This document shows positions 22,652-32,844 of a DNA stretch of 64,000 bases, in pieces. Source of the stretch: Arcobacteraceae bacterium (GTDB lineage Bacteria; Campylobacterota; Campylobacteria; Campylobacterales; Arcobacteraceae); the NCBI GenBank assembly GCA_963662945.1, contig OY759974.1, positions 2,048,001 through 2,112,000 of the forward strand. The letters are read 5' to 3'. The position numbers and the translations under genes were made by a program. The notes under the pieces were generated by a model. It did not search any database. It saw nothing but the letters and a program-made list of their open reading frames with translations, and was not told the DNA's origin. The first letter of the stretch is position 1. Every line of letters begins with the position of its first letter.

Positions 22652-23086
22652 ATGGAATGTGAAATGCCACAAGTAAATAGCAATAAAGATGAGATAAAAG
22701 CAATTTTAGATGAAACAAAAACCATTGCTATTATAGGATGTTCACCAAATGAAGAAAAAGCGAGCAATAAAGTAGCTGTATATTTAAAAAATAATGGATA
22801 CAAAATAATTCCTGTATATCCTAAAGAAGAGACAATATTGGGTGAAAAAGTATATAGAAGTTTAAGTGATATTCCTACGGATATTAAAATTGATATGGTA
22901 GATATATTTAGAAAACCTGATGTTATTGCATCTGTTGTAGATGAAGCATTAGAAAGAGGAGATGTTTGGTGTGTATGGACACAGTTAGGTTTAGTTCATA
23001 ATCAAGCAGCGCAAAAAGCCCAAGATGCTGGACTAAAAGTAGTACAAAGTCATTGTACTAAGATAGAGCACGCTGCTTTATTTTAG
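22652..23086 (+). CDS. CoA-binding protein (YccU-like)
   Basis: TIAIIGCS, IIPVYP, DMVDIFR, VWTQLG, CTKIEH. Confidence 0.88.
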   Translation: MECEMPQVNSNKDEIKAILDETKTIAIIGCSPNEEKASNKVAVYLKNNGYKIIPVYPKEETILGEKVYRSLSDIPTDIKIDMVDIFRKPDVIASVVDEALERGDVWCVWTQLGLVHNQAAQKAQDAGLKVVQSHCTKIEHAALF

Positions 23087-24372
23087 ATAGTACAAGTTGG
23101 ATTACTTTGCAACTGTAAAGTTGCAATAGTTCCACTAATACCATCTGTTCTATTTTTTAAAGTTATAGTTCCACCCAGTGCTTCAGCAGCACTTTTAGCT
23201 AAAAATAATCCAAGCCCAGCACCTTTTTCATTTCCGATTCTTTTAAATGGTGCAAATAAATCAACAGTTTCATCACAACCAATACCTTCATCAATAACTT
23301 CAACTTTAATAGATTGTTCATAAGGTGTTGTTCTTATAAGTATCTCTTTATTATTTGGAGTAAATTTAATTGCATTTTGTACAAAGTTTTGTATGATTTG
23401 TGTAAGAAGTGTTTGTTGAATTATAGTTGTAAAACTTTCTATATCTGTATAAAATGAAAGAGAAATATCTTTCTCTTTTGCTAAGAGTTTAAAACTTTCA
23501 GTTTTTGTTTGTAAATATTTCACAATATCTAACTCAATTGGTTTTTCAAACTGAGCTCCCTCTTGTCTTCCCATATCTAAAATTGATGTTATCATCTGAT
23601 TCATTCCATCAATCTCATCAAGAAAAACTTTTAAAACTTCTTCATATTTTTCAGGTTCTCTTTTTTTTGTAAGAGTTACTTGTGATTTCAGTTTCATAAC
23701 AGCAAGAGGGGTTTTAAGTTCATGTGCAGCACCAATAAATAATTCTTTTTGATATTTGACATGATTTTCTATTCTTGTGGTTAAGGTATTTATTGAATTA
23801 GCTAAAGGGATAAATTCTACAGGCATTTTTTTTGTATCTATTTGTGTCAAAGAGTTTTCATTCATATTAGATAATTTACTTGTGATTTTTAAAATAGGAA
23901 ATAAAAGAGTTTTTGACATTGCAAATGCATACACAATAATTAAAATAAGCCCACCTGTTCCTAAAAATAACAAATTACTGAATATTTTATTTAACATTTT
24001 ATGAGAAGAATTTATATTTCTTGTAAGTTTTAGATATTGATTTGTATCTAAATTCAAAGGATATATTAACTCCATAAAATGGTCATTTTTAATTTTATAC
24101 TTTTTATAATTGTGTTTTGGATTTTTTTCAATTGTAACAACTTCAATATTGGTATCATCATTAACCAAAACTCTTAAGTTGTCATGAACATTTGTTTTAT
24201 TTTGTGCAAGTGTTACGATAAGTTTTGCATCTTTTAGAAGCTCATCTGATATCTCTTCATAGATTGTTGCCTTTGTAAAACCATAAAAAATAAGTGATAA
24301 TACAATAACAAAAAATGAAGTAGCAAATATAAGCTTCTGTGAGAATTGCTTATAAATGCTTTTTGTATTCAT
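23083..24372 (-). CDS. Sensor histidine kinase, probable partner of HsrA/CosR
   Basis: 2 TM, HAMP, AAHELKTPL, NAIKF, DEGIG, GAGLGL. Confidence 0.92.
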   Translation of the reverse strand: MNTKSIYKQFSQKLIFATSFFVIVLSLIFYGFTKATIYEEISDELLKDAKLIVTLAQNKTNVHDNLRVLVNDDTNIEVVTIEKNPKHNYKKYKIKNDHFMELIYPLNLDTNQYLKLTRNINSSHKMLNKIFSNLLFLGTGGLILIIVYAFAMSKTLLFPILKITSKLSNMNENSLTQIDTKKMPVEFIPLANSINTLTTRIENHVKYQKELFIGAAHELKTPLAVMKLKSQVTLTKKREPEKYEEVLKVFLDEIDGMNQMITSILDMGRQEGAQFEKPIELDIVKYLQTKTESFKLLAKEKDISLSFYTDIESFTTIIQQTLLTQIIQNFVQNAIKFTPNNKEILIRTTPYEQSIKVEVIDEGIGCDETVDLFAPFKRIGNEKGAGLGLFLAKSAAEALGGTITLKNRTDGISGTIATLQLQSNPTCTI

Positions 24373-24376
24373 AATT

Positions 24377-25060
24377 CTAGTTTTCTTCTTCTACTTTTGG
24401 TGGATAACAAAATCTGTATCCTCTTCTTCTAATTGTTTCAATAGTAGCTATATTTAATGGTTTATCCATTTTTTGTCTAATTTGGTTAATTGCAACTTCG
24501 ATAACGTTTGGAGTAACTAATTCTGGTTCTTCCCAAATTGCATCTAATAATTGTTCTTTTGAAACGATTTGATCTCTATGTCTTGCTAAGTGTGTTAAAA
24601 CTTCAAAAGGTTTTCCTTTTAGTTCAATTTCTACACCATTGTACATAATTTTCTCTTCATCTGGATTGATTGCTAAATCTTCGATTTTAATGATGTTTGT
24701 TCCACCAAATCTTAATCTACATTCAATTCTTGCTAATAAAATATCAAAATCAAAAGGTTTTTTAATATAATCATCAGCTCCTGTTTTTAGAGCTTTTATT
24801 TCGCTATCTTTATCATCTCTTGCACTTACGATAACTACTGATGTTCTACCGCTTCTATTTTTAACTATTTTTGTTAATTCTAATCCATCACCATCTGGTA
24901 ACATCCAATCAGTAAGAACTAAATCATAATTTCTAATCTCTATAAAGTACTCTGCATCTTTAAAATTTTCTGCTATATCAACTTGGTATCCAAAGTCTTG
25001 TAGCCCTTCTTGTAATGTTCTATTTAGTGTACTTTCATCTTCTACTATTAAAATTCTCAT
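24377..25060 (-). CDS. hsrA: Homeostatic OmpR-family response regulator (HsrA/CosR/HP1043 type)
   Basis: LKGKPFEVLTHLARHRDQIVSKEQLLDAIWEEPELVTPNVIEVAINQIRQKMDKPL signature. Confidence 0.92.
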   Translation of the reverse strand: MRILIVEDESTLNRTLQEGLQDFGYQVDIAENFKDAEYFIEIRNYDLVLTDWMLPDGDGLELTKIVKNRSGRTSVVIVSARDDKDSEIKALKTGADDYIKKPFDFDILLARIECRLRFGGTNIIKIEDLAINPDEEKIMYNGVEIELKGKPFEVLTHLARHRDQIVSKEQLLDAIWEEPELVTPNVIEVAINQIRQKMDKPLNIATIETIRRRGYRFCYPPKVEEEN

Positions 25061-25088
25061 GTAATTTTATCCTTTTGGTATTTGTATT

Positions 25089-25110
25089 GTTAACTTAAAG
25101 TTAAGTTAAC
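25089..25110. promoter_or_regulatory. Perfect palindrome in the hsrA leader (candidate operator)
   Basis: GTTAACTTAA-AG-TTAAGTTAAC downstream of minus-strand TGcTATAAT (25131-25139). Confidence 0.55.
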
Positions 25111-25275
25111 TCTTAGTTTTAAAGGTTGGGATTATAGCATAAAAAAAACAAAATTTAAAGAGGTTTTAAGCTAAATTTTAAAATTTATCATTTTTATATA
25201 TAAATACAGCTTCTAAATGGTGTTTAAATTAACTTCTGATACAATAGGCATTAAAAATTAAAAAGGTTGCATAGT

Positions 25276-26100
25276 ATGTTAAAAAATAGTAAAAAAGTAA
25301 TACTAAGTTTAGTTACAATGATTGCTATATCTGGAACGGCATTAGCTCAAACAGATAAAGTTTACGCTACAGTTAATGGTATAAATATCACTGAAAAAGA
25401 TGTATCATTACTTCTAAGAGGTCAAAATGTAAAGTTCGAATCTTTACAAAAAGATCAACAAAAACAAATATTGGATAGTTTAATAGAACAAAAACTATTA
25501 GCAGAAATGGCTTATAAAACAGATATCCCAAAATCAAAAGAATACAAAGAAGAGTTAGAAAAATTTAAGAAATCGTTAGCTTTTCAACTTTGGTTAAGAG
25601 ATTTTAGTAAAAAAATTACTATAGATGATAAAGAAGTAAAAAAATTCTATGATACAAATAGAGAAAAGTTTAAAACTCCTGATCAATTAAAAGCTAGTCA
25701 TATTTTAGTAAAAACTGAAAAAGAAGCTCAAGATATTATAAAAGAATTATCAAAATCAAAAAAATTGAAAGATGATTTTACAACATTAGCAAAAGAAAAA
25801 TCAGTTGGACCATCAGGTGCTAATGGTGGTGAACTAGGTTGGTTTACAAAAGAAAAAATGGTTCCAGAATTTAGTGAAGCAGCAAATAAATTATCAGTTG
25901 GTACTATAACAAAAACACCAGTTAAAACTAATTATGGTTATCATATTATTTATTTAGATGATAAAAAAGCTGCATCTATATTAGAATATAATAAAATCAA
26001 AGATAGATTGAAACAAGATTTAATGCAACAAAAATTTGCAGAAGATGCAAAAAAAGAAGCAGAAAAACTAATGAAAAAAGCTAAAATAGAATACAAATAG
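25276..26100 (+). CDS. Periplasmic parvulin-type PPIase (PEB4/Cbf2-like)
   Basis: Signal peptide, ASHILVK, GGELGWF, MVPEFS, YGYHII; upstream of fba as in other Campylobacterota. Confidence 0.9.
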   Translation: MLKNSKKVILSLVTMIAISGTALAQTDKVYATVNGINITEKDVSLLLRGQNVKFESLQKDQQKQILDSLIEQKLLAEMAYKTDIPKSKEYKEELEKFKKSLAFQLWLRDFSKKITIDDKEVKKFYDTNREKFKTPDQLKASHILVKTEKEAQDIIKELSKSKKLKDDFTTLAKEKSVGPSGANGGELGWFTKEKMVPEFSEAANKLSVGTITKTPVKTNYGYHIIYLDDKKAASILEYNKIKDRLKQDLMQQKFAEDAKKEAEKLMKKAKIEYK

Positions 26101-26112
26101 AGGATAAATTAA

Positions 26113-27180
26113 ATGGCAGTATTAGATATCGTAAAAGCTGGAGTTCTTACAGGAAGTGAGACAAAAAAATTGTTTGATTATGCAAAAGAGAATAATTTTG
26201 CAATACCAGCTGTTAATATTGTAAACACAGAATCAATAAATGGTGTGCTTGAAGCAGCAGCTAAAGTAAACTCACCAATTATTTTACAGTTTTCAAATGG
26301 TGGTTCAACATTTTTTGCAGGAAAAGGATGTAAAGCACCAAATGCTTCAGTTTTAGGTGCAATTAGTGGTGCTAAACATATTCATATGATGGCAGAAGCA
26401 TACGGAGTACCTGTTGTGTTACATACCGATCATGCTGCTAGAAAACTATTACCTTGGATAGATAGTTTACTTGACGCTAGTGAACAGCATTTTAAGGAAA
26501 CAGGGCGACCTTTATATAGTTCTCATATGTTAGATTTAAGCGAAGAATCTTTAGAAGAAAATATTGATACTTGTGTAGAGTATTTTAAAAGAATGTCAAA
26601 AATTGATATTTTATTAGAGATTGAACTTGGTATCACTGGTGGAGAAGAAGATGGTGTAGATAATAGTGATGTTGATAATGCACTTTTATATACACAACCT
26701 AGTGAAGTTGATTATGCATATACAAGATTAAGTGAAGTAGGGGATAACTTTACTATCGCTGCTAGTTTTGGAAATGTTCATGGTGTTTATAAACCAGGGA
26801 ATGTAGTACTTACTCCAAAAATTCTTGATAATTCACAACAATATATTCAAGAAAAACATAATCTATCTGCAAAACCTGTAAATTTTGTATTTCATGGTGG
26901 AAGTGGTTCTACACTTGAAGAGATAAGAGAAGCTATTGGATATGGTGTTGTAAAGATGAATATCGATACAGATACACAATGGGCTTTTTGGGATGGTGTA
27001 AGAGGTTTTGAAAAAGAAAACCATGATTATCTTCAAGGTCAAATAGGAAATCCAGAAGGTGAAGATAAACCTAATAAAAAATATTATGATCCTAGAGTTT
27101 GGTTAAGAGCTGGACAAATGACATTAATTGCAAGACTTGAAGTAGCTTTTAATGATTTAAATTGTGTTGGTAAAAATTAA
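26113..27180 (+). CDS. fbaA: Class II fructose-bisphosphate aldolase
   Basis: VLHTDHA, SHMLDLSEE, FGNVHGVY, FHGGSG, KYYDPRVWLR. Confidence 0.98.
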   Translation: MAVLDIVKAGVLTGSETKKLFDYAKENNFAIPAVNIVNTESINGVLEAAAKVNSPIILQFSNGGSTFFAGKGCKAPNASVLGAISGAKHIHMMAEAYGVPVVLHTDHAARKLLPWIDSLLDASEQHFKETGRPLYSSHMLDLSEESLEENIDTCVEYFKRMSKIDILLEIELGITGGEEDGVDNSDVDNALLYTQPSEVDYAYTRLSEVGDNFTIAASFGNVHGVYKPGNVVLTPKILDNSQQYIQEKHNLSAKPVNFVFHGGSGSTLEEIREAIGYGVVKMNIDTDTQWAFWDGVRGFEKENHDYLQGQIGNPEGEDKPNKKYYDPRVWLRAGQMTLIARLEVAFNDLNCVGKN

Positions 27181-27193
27181 AATATTTTTCCAT

Positions 27194-27228
27194 AAAAAAA
27201 GGGTAGCTAAATATAGCTACCCTTTTTT
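27194..27228. terminator. Bidirectional intrinsic terminator
   Basis: A7-GGGTAGCTA-AATA-TAGCTACCC-T6 between convergent genes. Confidence 0.9.
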
Positions 27229-27245
27229 ATTTCAAGAAAAAGAGA

Positions 27246-27992
27246 TTATTCTTCTCCTGAAATTTTTTCTCCTGAATAACTTACTATACCATGAGTATAA
27301 TTTGAAACTTGTTTCCAACCCATATCTATAAGTACTCTTTGACAATATGCACTTCTACTACCTGTTAGACAATAAAGAATTGTAGGTTTTTCTTTTTGGT
27401 TTTCAATTTGATCAACAGTATTATAAAAAGATGTAGTTGGTATAAGATAATCTGTACCTTTAATTCTTTCTTGATGCCACTCCATCCACTCACGTACATC
27501 TACAAGATTGAATTCAACCATACCTAAATCTCTTGCTTCCAGTAAAGCTGATATTTCATCTCCATCTAGTTGTTCATGTTTTAAGATTGCTTCACATTCC
27601 TCTTTTGTTAAACCTCTTGAGTGTGTATGTGCTACTTCTTCTGCTTTTTCTTCAATTGCATTTGCAGCTGCATATTCTGGTGTACAGAAAATTCCACAGT
27701 GACATTTTCCATCTTCAGGGATCTCTTTTTCAATAGCAGGTTTACAAGGACAGATTCTATTATCAGCTGCTTTTCTTTCTTCTTTAGTTTCTCCAATAAC
27801 CATAAAACAAGGGCAAAATCTTTTATTGTAGATTATTTTATTTCTAGCAAGCCCCATCATAACACCTTCATTAACATCTTCAATTGGGTTGTAAACCCAA
27901 CCATTGCTAGAACACATTTTGTCTGTAAATTCTTTGGTTCTTACCATCTCCTCTTTGAATTCTGCAGATTCCATATCTATTTTTATCATCAT
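27246..27992 (-). CDS. Ferredoxin:thioredoxin reductase catalytic-subunit domain fused to a rhodanese domain
   Basis: CPC...CPC...CHC motifs of the FTR catalytic chain; C-terminal LVDVRE...ILYCLTGSRS rhodanese; ATG at 27992 best fits the RBS. Confidence 0.82.
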   Translation of the reverse strand: MMIKIDMESAEFKEEMVRTKEFTDKMCSSNGWVYNPIEDVNEGVMMGLARNKIIYNKRFCPCFMVIGETKEERKAADNRICPCKPAIEKEIPEDGKCHCGIFCTPEYAAANAIEEKAEEVAHTHSRGLTKEECEAILKHEQLDGDEISALLEARDLGMVEFNLVDVREWMEWHQERIKGTDYLIPTTSFYNTVDQIENQKEKPTILYCLTGSRSAYCQRVLIDMGWKQVSNYTHGIVSYSGEKISGEE

Positions 27993-28101
27993 ATTCACTT
28001 ACCTAATTAATAATTTTTATAATAATAGAGAAATTTTGTTAATATACACTTAATTTGGTGGTTTAATTAATATATAAAGGCTAACTATATTATAATATTT
28101 T

Positions 28102-29172
28102 ATGAATATATTAGAACAAATTTATGAAATAAATTTCAATAAAATCAATTTCTTAGAGCGTAAAGTTTCTATTTTAAATCCAAATACTATTTTAGTTGGA
28201 AGCCCAAAAAGTGGTAAAACTTATCTTATCTATGATTATTTATCAAGATTTGAAAATGAAGATTATCTATATATAGATTTTGATGATTATAAAAATGATT
28301 TTAAAGAGATAGAAGAAAATCTAGAGATATTTATAAAAAAAAATAATATTAAAGTTTTAGTTCTAGAAAATTATAAATTTAACCTTACTTTACCAAAAGT
28401 TACAAGTACAATTATTACAACAAAAGAAATAAATGTATTAAAAGGTTTTGATAAAATATTTGTGAAACAATTAGATTTTGAAGAATTTTTACTTTTTGAT
28501 ACAAAACATCAGAGTACTTTAAATAGTTTTAATAGTTTTTTGAAGTTTGGGAATAGTCCAGATGTACTTGAGTATAATGAACAAAAGAAATCTGTGCGTA
28601 ATTATGAAATTTGTAAACTTTATTGTGAAGATAAAACACAATTGGAGATATTGTTTATAATTATAAAGTTTGCTTCAGAAAAAAAATCTTTATATCAATT
28701 GTTTAGTAGTTTAAAAAAAGAGATTAAAATCTCAAAAGATAAGTTTTATAAAACGTGTGAAGAGTTGGAACAAAATAAACTCATATATCTTTGTTCTAAA
28801 TATCAACAGCTAAAAGCAGTTAAAAAAGTCTTTGTTTTTAATCATGCATTGATAGATATTGTTTCTTATAAAAAAAATTTTAATAATTTATTTAAAAATA
28901 TGGTTTTTTTAGAATTGGAGAAACGATATTTAGATATCTTTTATCTTGATAATATAGATTTTTATATGCCAAAAGAAAATCATATAGTTCTAGCAATACC
29001 ATTTTTTAATGATTTGATATCTTCTACTATTGTTTCAAAAGTGATTCCAATGGCAGAAGAATATGAGATAAAACATATTTCCATAGTAACTGTAAGTAGT
29101 GAAAAAACGATTTTTATAGGAGATATAGAAGCACAAATTATGCCATTTTATAATTGGGTATTAACACTATGA
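28102..29172 (+). CDS. AAA-family ATP-binding protein (AAA_14/DUF4143-like, degenerate Walker B)
   Basis: GSPKSGKT Walker A, LDFEEF, C-terminal IDFY nuclease-like segment. Confidence 0.65.
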   Translation: MNILEQIYEINFNKINFLERKVSILNPNTILVGSPKSGKTYLIYDYLSRFENEDYLYIDFDDYKNDFKEIEENLEIFIKKNNIKVLVLENYKFNLTLPKVTSTIITTKEINVLKGFDKIFVKQLDFEEFLLFDTKHQSTLNSFNSFLKFGNSPDVLEYNEQKKSVRNYEICKLYCEDKTQLEILFIIIKFASEKKSLYQLFSSLKKEIKISKDKFYKTCEELEQNKLIYLCSKYQQLKAVKKVFVFNHALIDIVSYKKNFNNLFKNMVFLELEKRYLDIFYLDNIDFYMPKENHIVLAIPFFNDLISSTIVSKVIPMAEEYEIKHISIVTVSSEKTIFIGDIEAQIMPFYNWVLTL

Positions 29173-29753
29173 GAGAAAATTATCATCAAAATTTATGTGG
29201 TATAGATGAAGCAGGTCGAGGCCCTTTTGCAGGACCTTTAGTTGTTGCAGGTGTTGTTTTGACAAAAGATATTGAAGAACTTGATGATTCTAAGAAATTA
29301 ACTGAAAAAAAACGGGAAAAGCTTTTTGATATTATTAAAGAAAATAGTTTTCATCATATAGTTTTTAGTAGTGCAGAAAAAATAGATAAAGTTGGATTAA
29401 GTCGTTGTTTACAAGAATCCATAAAAGAGATTATAAAAAATCTTGATGCACAACAATATTTAATGGATGGCAATACAGCTTTTGGAATAGCAAATCTTCA
29501 CTATCTTATAAAAGCAGATGCAAAAATAAAAGAGGTGAGCGCTGCTTCAATATTGGCAAAAGTTAGTCGAGATAGATATATGTGTGAAATATCCTCAAAG
29601 TATCCAAACTATGCTTTTGAGAAGCATAAAGGGTATGGTACAAAAGCACATATTGAAGCTATAGTAACTCATGGTTATAGTGATATTCATAGAAGAAGTT
29701 TCAAGATAAAACAACTTGAAACTTTTACCATAAAAGAACCTACTTTATTCTAG
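29169..29753 (+). CDS. rnhB: Ribonuclease HII
   Basis: GIDEAGRG, DDSKKL, AASILAKV, HKGYGT, HRRSF; ATGA overlap with the upstream stop. Confidence 0.96.
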   Translation: MRENYHQNLCGIDEAGRGPFAGPLVVAGVVLTKDIEELDDSKKLTEKKREKLFDIIKENSFHHIVFSSAEKIDKVGLSRCLQESIKEIIKNLDAQQYLMDGNTAFGIANLHYLIKADAKIKEVSAASILAKVSRDRYMCEISSKYPNYAFEKHKGYGTKAHIEAIVTHGYSDIHRRSFKIKQLETFTIKEPTLF

Positions 29754-30968
29754 ACTTTTTAATGCTTTTTTTATAGTAGCAGTGATTTTGTAAAGTTCAT
29801 TGTCAGTAATATTATAAGAAACGATACTGTACACAAGTTTTCCAAATGGTCGTATCCAAACACCATTTTTTACACAAAATTCTTGTATAGTTTGTGCATA
29901 TTTATCACTTTTGAGTTCCACAACTCCAATTGCACCTATATTCCTTACCTCTTGAACTATTTCTAGATTTTTCAATGGTTGTAATTCGTGAGTAAAAATA
30001 TTTTCTATATTTGCAACTTTTTGTTGCCAAGATGAATTAATCAACAAATCTATACTTGCATTCGCAACGCTACACGCTAATGGATTTCCCATAAATGTAG
30101 GTCCGTGCATAATAACACCTATTTCACTGTTTGATATAGTATCACTGATATGTTTTGTAGTCATCATAGCAGCCATTGTCATAACTCCACCAGTAAGACC
30201 TTTCCCTACCGCCATAATATCAGGAAGAATATCAGCATGGTCACATCCCCACATTTTTCCTGTATGTCCAAAACCTGTTGCTATCTCATCTGCAATAAGT
30301 GGAATATCATATTTCGTACAAAGCTTTCTAGCTACTTGAAGATATTGAGGAGTATGTATTTTCATACCACCAGCACCTTGAACTATTGGTTCAACTATGA
30401 TGCCTGCCACTTCATTTTTATATTTTTCTATGGTTGTTCCCATGTTTTCTACATCACAAAAGATATTTTGAGGTAAGTACTCTCCATATAAAGAGTGCAT
30501 AGAGTTTTTTGGATCACATACACCCATACAGCCTAAAGTATCTCCATGATAAGCATTATTCAGTGCTATAAACTTTGAGACATTTTTCCCTTTTGCTTTT
30601 TTGTAAAGAATGGCAGTTTTCAGAGCTACTTCTATAGATACACTGCCACTATCAGCTAAAAATACACTAGGAAGTTTACTAAGTTTTGCAAGTTTTTTAC
30701 ATAGCTCAACTGCTGGTTTATGTGTAAGCCCACCAAACATAATATGTGGCATTCTATTTGCTTGAGTTTCAAGTGCTTGTATTAAAGTAGGGTGGTTGTA
30801 CCCATGGATTGCACTCCACCATGAACTCATAGCATCTATAAGTTCTCTGCCATCTTCTAAAACTATAGTTTGTGCATATGTTTCTTTTACAGCGAGGATT
30901 GTTGTTTTTGAGGGGAGGGAGTTATATGGATGCCAAGTGTGTTGATTGTCAAGTTCTAATATATTCAT
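29745..30968 (-). CDS. bioA: Adenosylmethionine-8-amino-7-oxononanoate aminotransferase
   Basis: WHPY, SSWW, SGSVSIEVALK, YHGDT, DEIATGFG, GKGLTGG, HGPTFMGNP; start 30968 avoids overlap with ssrA. Confidence 0.96.
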   Translation of the reverse strand: MNILELDNQHTWHPYNSLPSKTTILAVKETYAQTIVLEDGRELIDAMSSWWSAIHGYNHPTLIQALETQANRMPHIMFGGLTHKPAVELCKKLAKLSKLPSVFLADSGSVSIEVALKTAILYKKAKGKNVSKFIALNNAYHGDTLGCMGVCDPKNSMHSLYGEYLPQNIFCDVENMGTTIEKYKNEVAGIIVEPIVQGAGGMKIHTPQYLQVARKLCTKYDIPLIADEIATGFGHTGKMWGCDHADILPDIMAVGKGLTGGVMTMAAMMTTKHISDTISNSEIGVIMHGPTFMGNPLACSVANASIDLLINSSWQQKVANIENIFTHELQPLKNLEIVQEVRNIGAIGVVELKSDKYAQTIQEFCVKNGVWIRPFGKLVYSIVSYNITDNELYKITATIKKALKSLE

Positions 30969-31014
30969 CTTGCAATTGTACAAAAAATTTGCTATAATTC
31001 CAAACATATTTAAT

Positions 31015-31412
31015 GGGGTCGACTTGGTATCGATTAGAGCAGTGAGTATTAGTTGCATGTCGGTTTGAACATATCGATAATCTGTTCACTTTTTTTAGAC
31101 GCAAACAATACAAATTACGCTCCAGCTTACGCAAAAGCTGCGTAAGTTTAACAACTTAACGGACTCCCCCTTTTAGGGGTTGAGACCATGGAGGTTCTCA
31201 CCACAGATTCTATCTATGTGGGATTAGAGGACTCAAACCAGATAGATTATCTTTGTAGCTTGATTGACTATAAGGAGACATTTAAATCTTAGCCTAGCAG
31301 TTGCTTTGCAGGTTGAGTTGCTGTATAGGTGAAGTTTTTCAACCTCTCTAAGCATGTAGACGCTAATATGAATTGTTTTAAGACTCCGGTTCAATCCCGG
31401 ACGACTCCACCA
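31015..31412 (+). ncRNA. ssrA: tmRNA
   Basis: 5' GGGGTCG pairs with 3' CGACTCC-ACCA (G3-U wobble); T-arm GGTTCAATCCC; tag ORF ANNTNYAPAYAKAA* at 31101-31145; TGcTATAAT promoter at 30990-30998. Confidence 0.97.
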
Positions 31413-31525
31413 TTAAATAATCTAACACAATCTAATAAAATCCATATAAACAGCATAAATACATATAGTTAAGGCTTTTAATAGTCTAATATGCTATAAT
31501 AAAATACAACAAAATCTATATTTTT

Positions 31526-31588
31526 TAGTGGGTATTATAGTGGGTATTTTGAAAATATCCCTAAAAATTAAAAACTAATACCCCCCTA
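31526..31588. repeat. Integrase arm-type site candidates, left arm
   Basis: TAGTGGGTAT at 31526 and 31538; inverted copy ATACCCCCCTA at 31578. Confidence 0.7.
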
Positions 31589-31608
31589 ATATTTATAAGG
31601 CGTATATT

Positions 31609-32844
31609 ATGGCAAGACAAACAGTACCTTTAACAGCAACACAAATTAAAAATTCAAAACCACAAGAGAAAAAATACAAGCTTTCAGATGGTGGGGGATT
31701 GTTTTTACAAATTAATCCAAATGGTTCAAAGTTTTGGAGATTGAAATATCGGTTAAATAATAAAGAAAAAGAGTATGCAATAGGTGTATATCCAACAATA
31801 TCTTTATTAGATGCAAGAGCTAAAAGAGAAGAGTTAAAAAAACTTATTGCTGATGGTGTTGATATAAACCAACAAAAGCAAACTAATAAAAAGATACTAA
31901 AACAAGTAGAAAAGAAAAAAGATAATACATTTTATAAGGTATCTCAATTATGGTTAAAGAGTTATGAAAAAGAAGTGTCTGAAAACTATCATATAAAATT
32001 AGGTAAAGCACTTGAAAATTATGTTTATCCATTCATTAAGAATGAACCAATAGAAGAGATTACAAGACTTGATTTAATAGAAGTAATGGAAGATTTAAAA
32101 AGTAAAGGGATATTGGAAACAGCAAGTCGTGTCCTTATGCTTTTAAATAAAATTTATATGTATGCAGTAACTTATGAATATGTAAAACACAATATAACAG
32201 CCGATATAGATAAGAAAGTTATATTAGGTTCAATCAAAAAGAAACACTATCCAACTTTTACAAAAGAAAATGATATTAAAGCATTATTATTATCTATTGA
32301 TGAATACAGTGGTGATTATAGCACTACAAAAGCCTTGCAGATGTTACCCTATGTATTTGTACGAAGTTTCAATATAAGACACTGTGAGTGGTCTGAAATT
32401 GATTTTATAGATGAGGTTTGGAGAATACCTGCAAGTAAGATGAAAACAAAAGAAGAGTTTATCTTGCCACTACCAAAACAAGTGATAACCATACTACACG
32501 AGATAAAAAAGTTTAGTAGTGATGGTAAGTATGTATTTCCAAGCTTTAGAGGTAAAGATAATCCTATGAGTGATAATACTTTGATAAGTGCAATTAGAAG
32601 AATGGGTTACACAAAAGATGAGTTTGTACCTCATGGTTTTAGAGCTATGTTTTCAACTATAGCATACGAGAAAGCAAATGTAAAAGATGGTCATACTTTT
32701 ACAAGTGAAGTTATAGAGTCATTACTTGCACATAAAGAGCCAAATAAGGTAAAAGGTGCATATAATAGAGCAGAGTATGTAGAACCAATGCAAGGGCTTA
32801 TTCAATGGTATGCTGATTATTTAGATGGAGTTAAAAATGGATAA
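31609..32844 (+). CDS. P4-family tyrosine integrase
   Basis: Arm-binding N-terminus KLSDGGGL...FWRLKYR; catalytic R (FVRS), K, HGFR, LLAH, AYNRAEY. Confidence 0.95.
   Translation: MARQTVPLTATQIKNSKPQEKKYKLSDGGGLFLQINPNGSKFWRLKYRLNNKEKEYAIGVYPTISLLDARAKREELKKLIADGVDINQQKQTNKKILKQVEKKKDNTFYKVSQLWLKSYEKEVSENYHIKLGKALENYVYPFIKNEPIEEITRLDLIEVMEDLKSKGILETASRVLMLLNKIYMYAVTYEYVKHNITADIDKKVILGSIKKKHYPTFTKENDIKALLLSIDEYSGDYSTTKALQMLPYVFVRSFNIRHCEWSEIDFIDEVWRIPASKMKTKEEFILPLPKQVITILHEIKKFSSDGKYVFPSFRGKDNPMSDNTLISAIRRMGYTKDEFVPHGFRAMFSTIAYEKANVKDGHTFTSEVIESLLAHKEPNKVKGAYNRAEYVEPMQGLIQWYADYLDGVKNG

Noticed and set aside
30969-31058. 30-aa N-terminal extension of BioA in the ORF track
   Set aside because: It overlaps the tmRNA 5' end and promoter; BioA similarity starts at Met 30968
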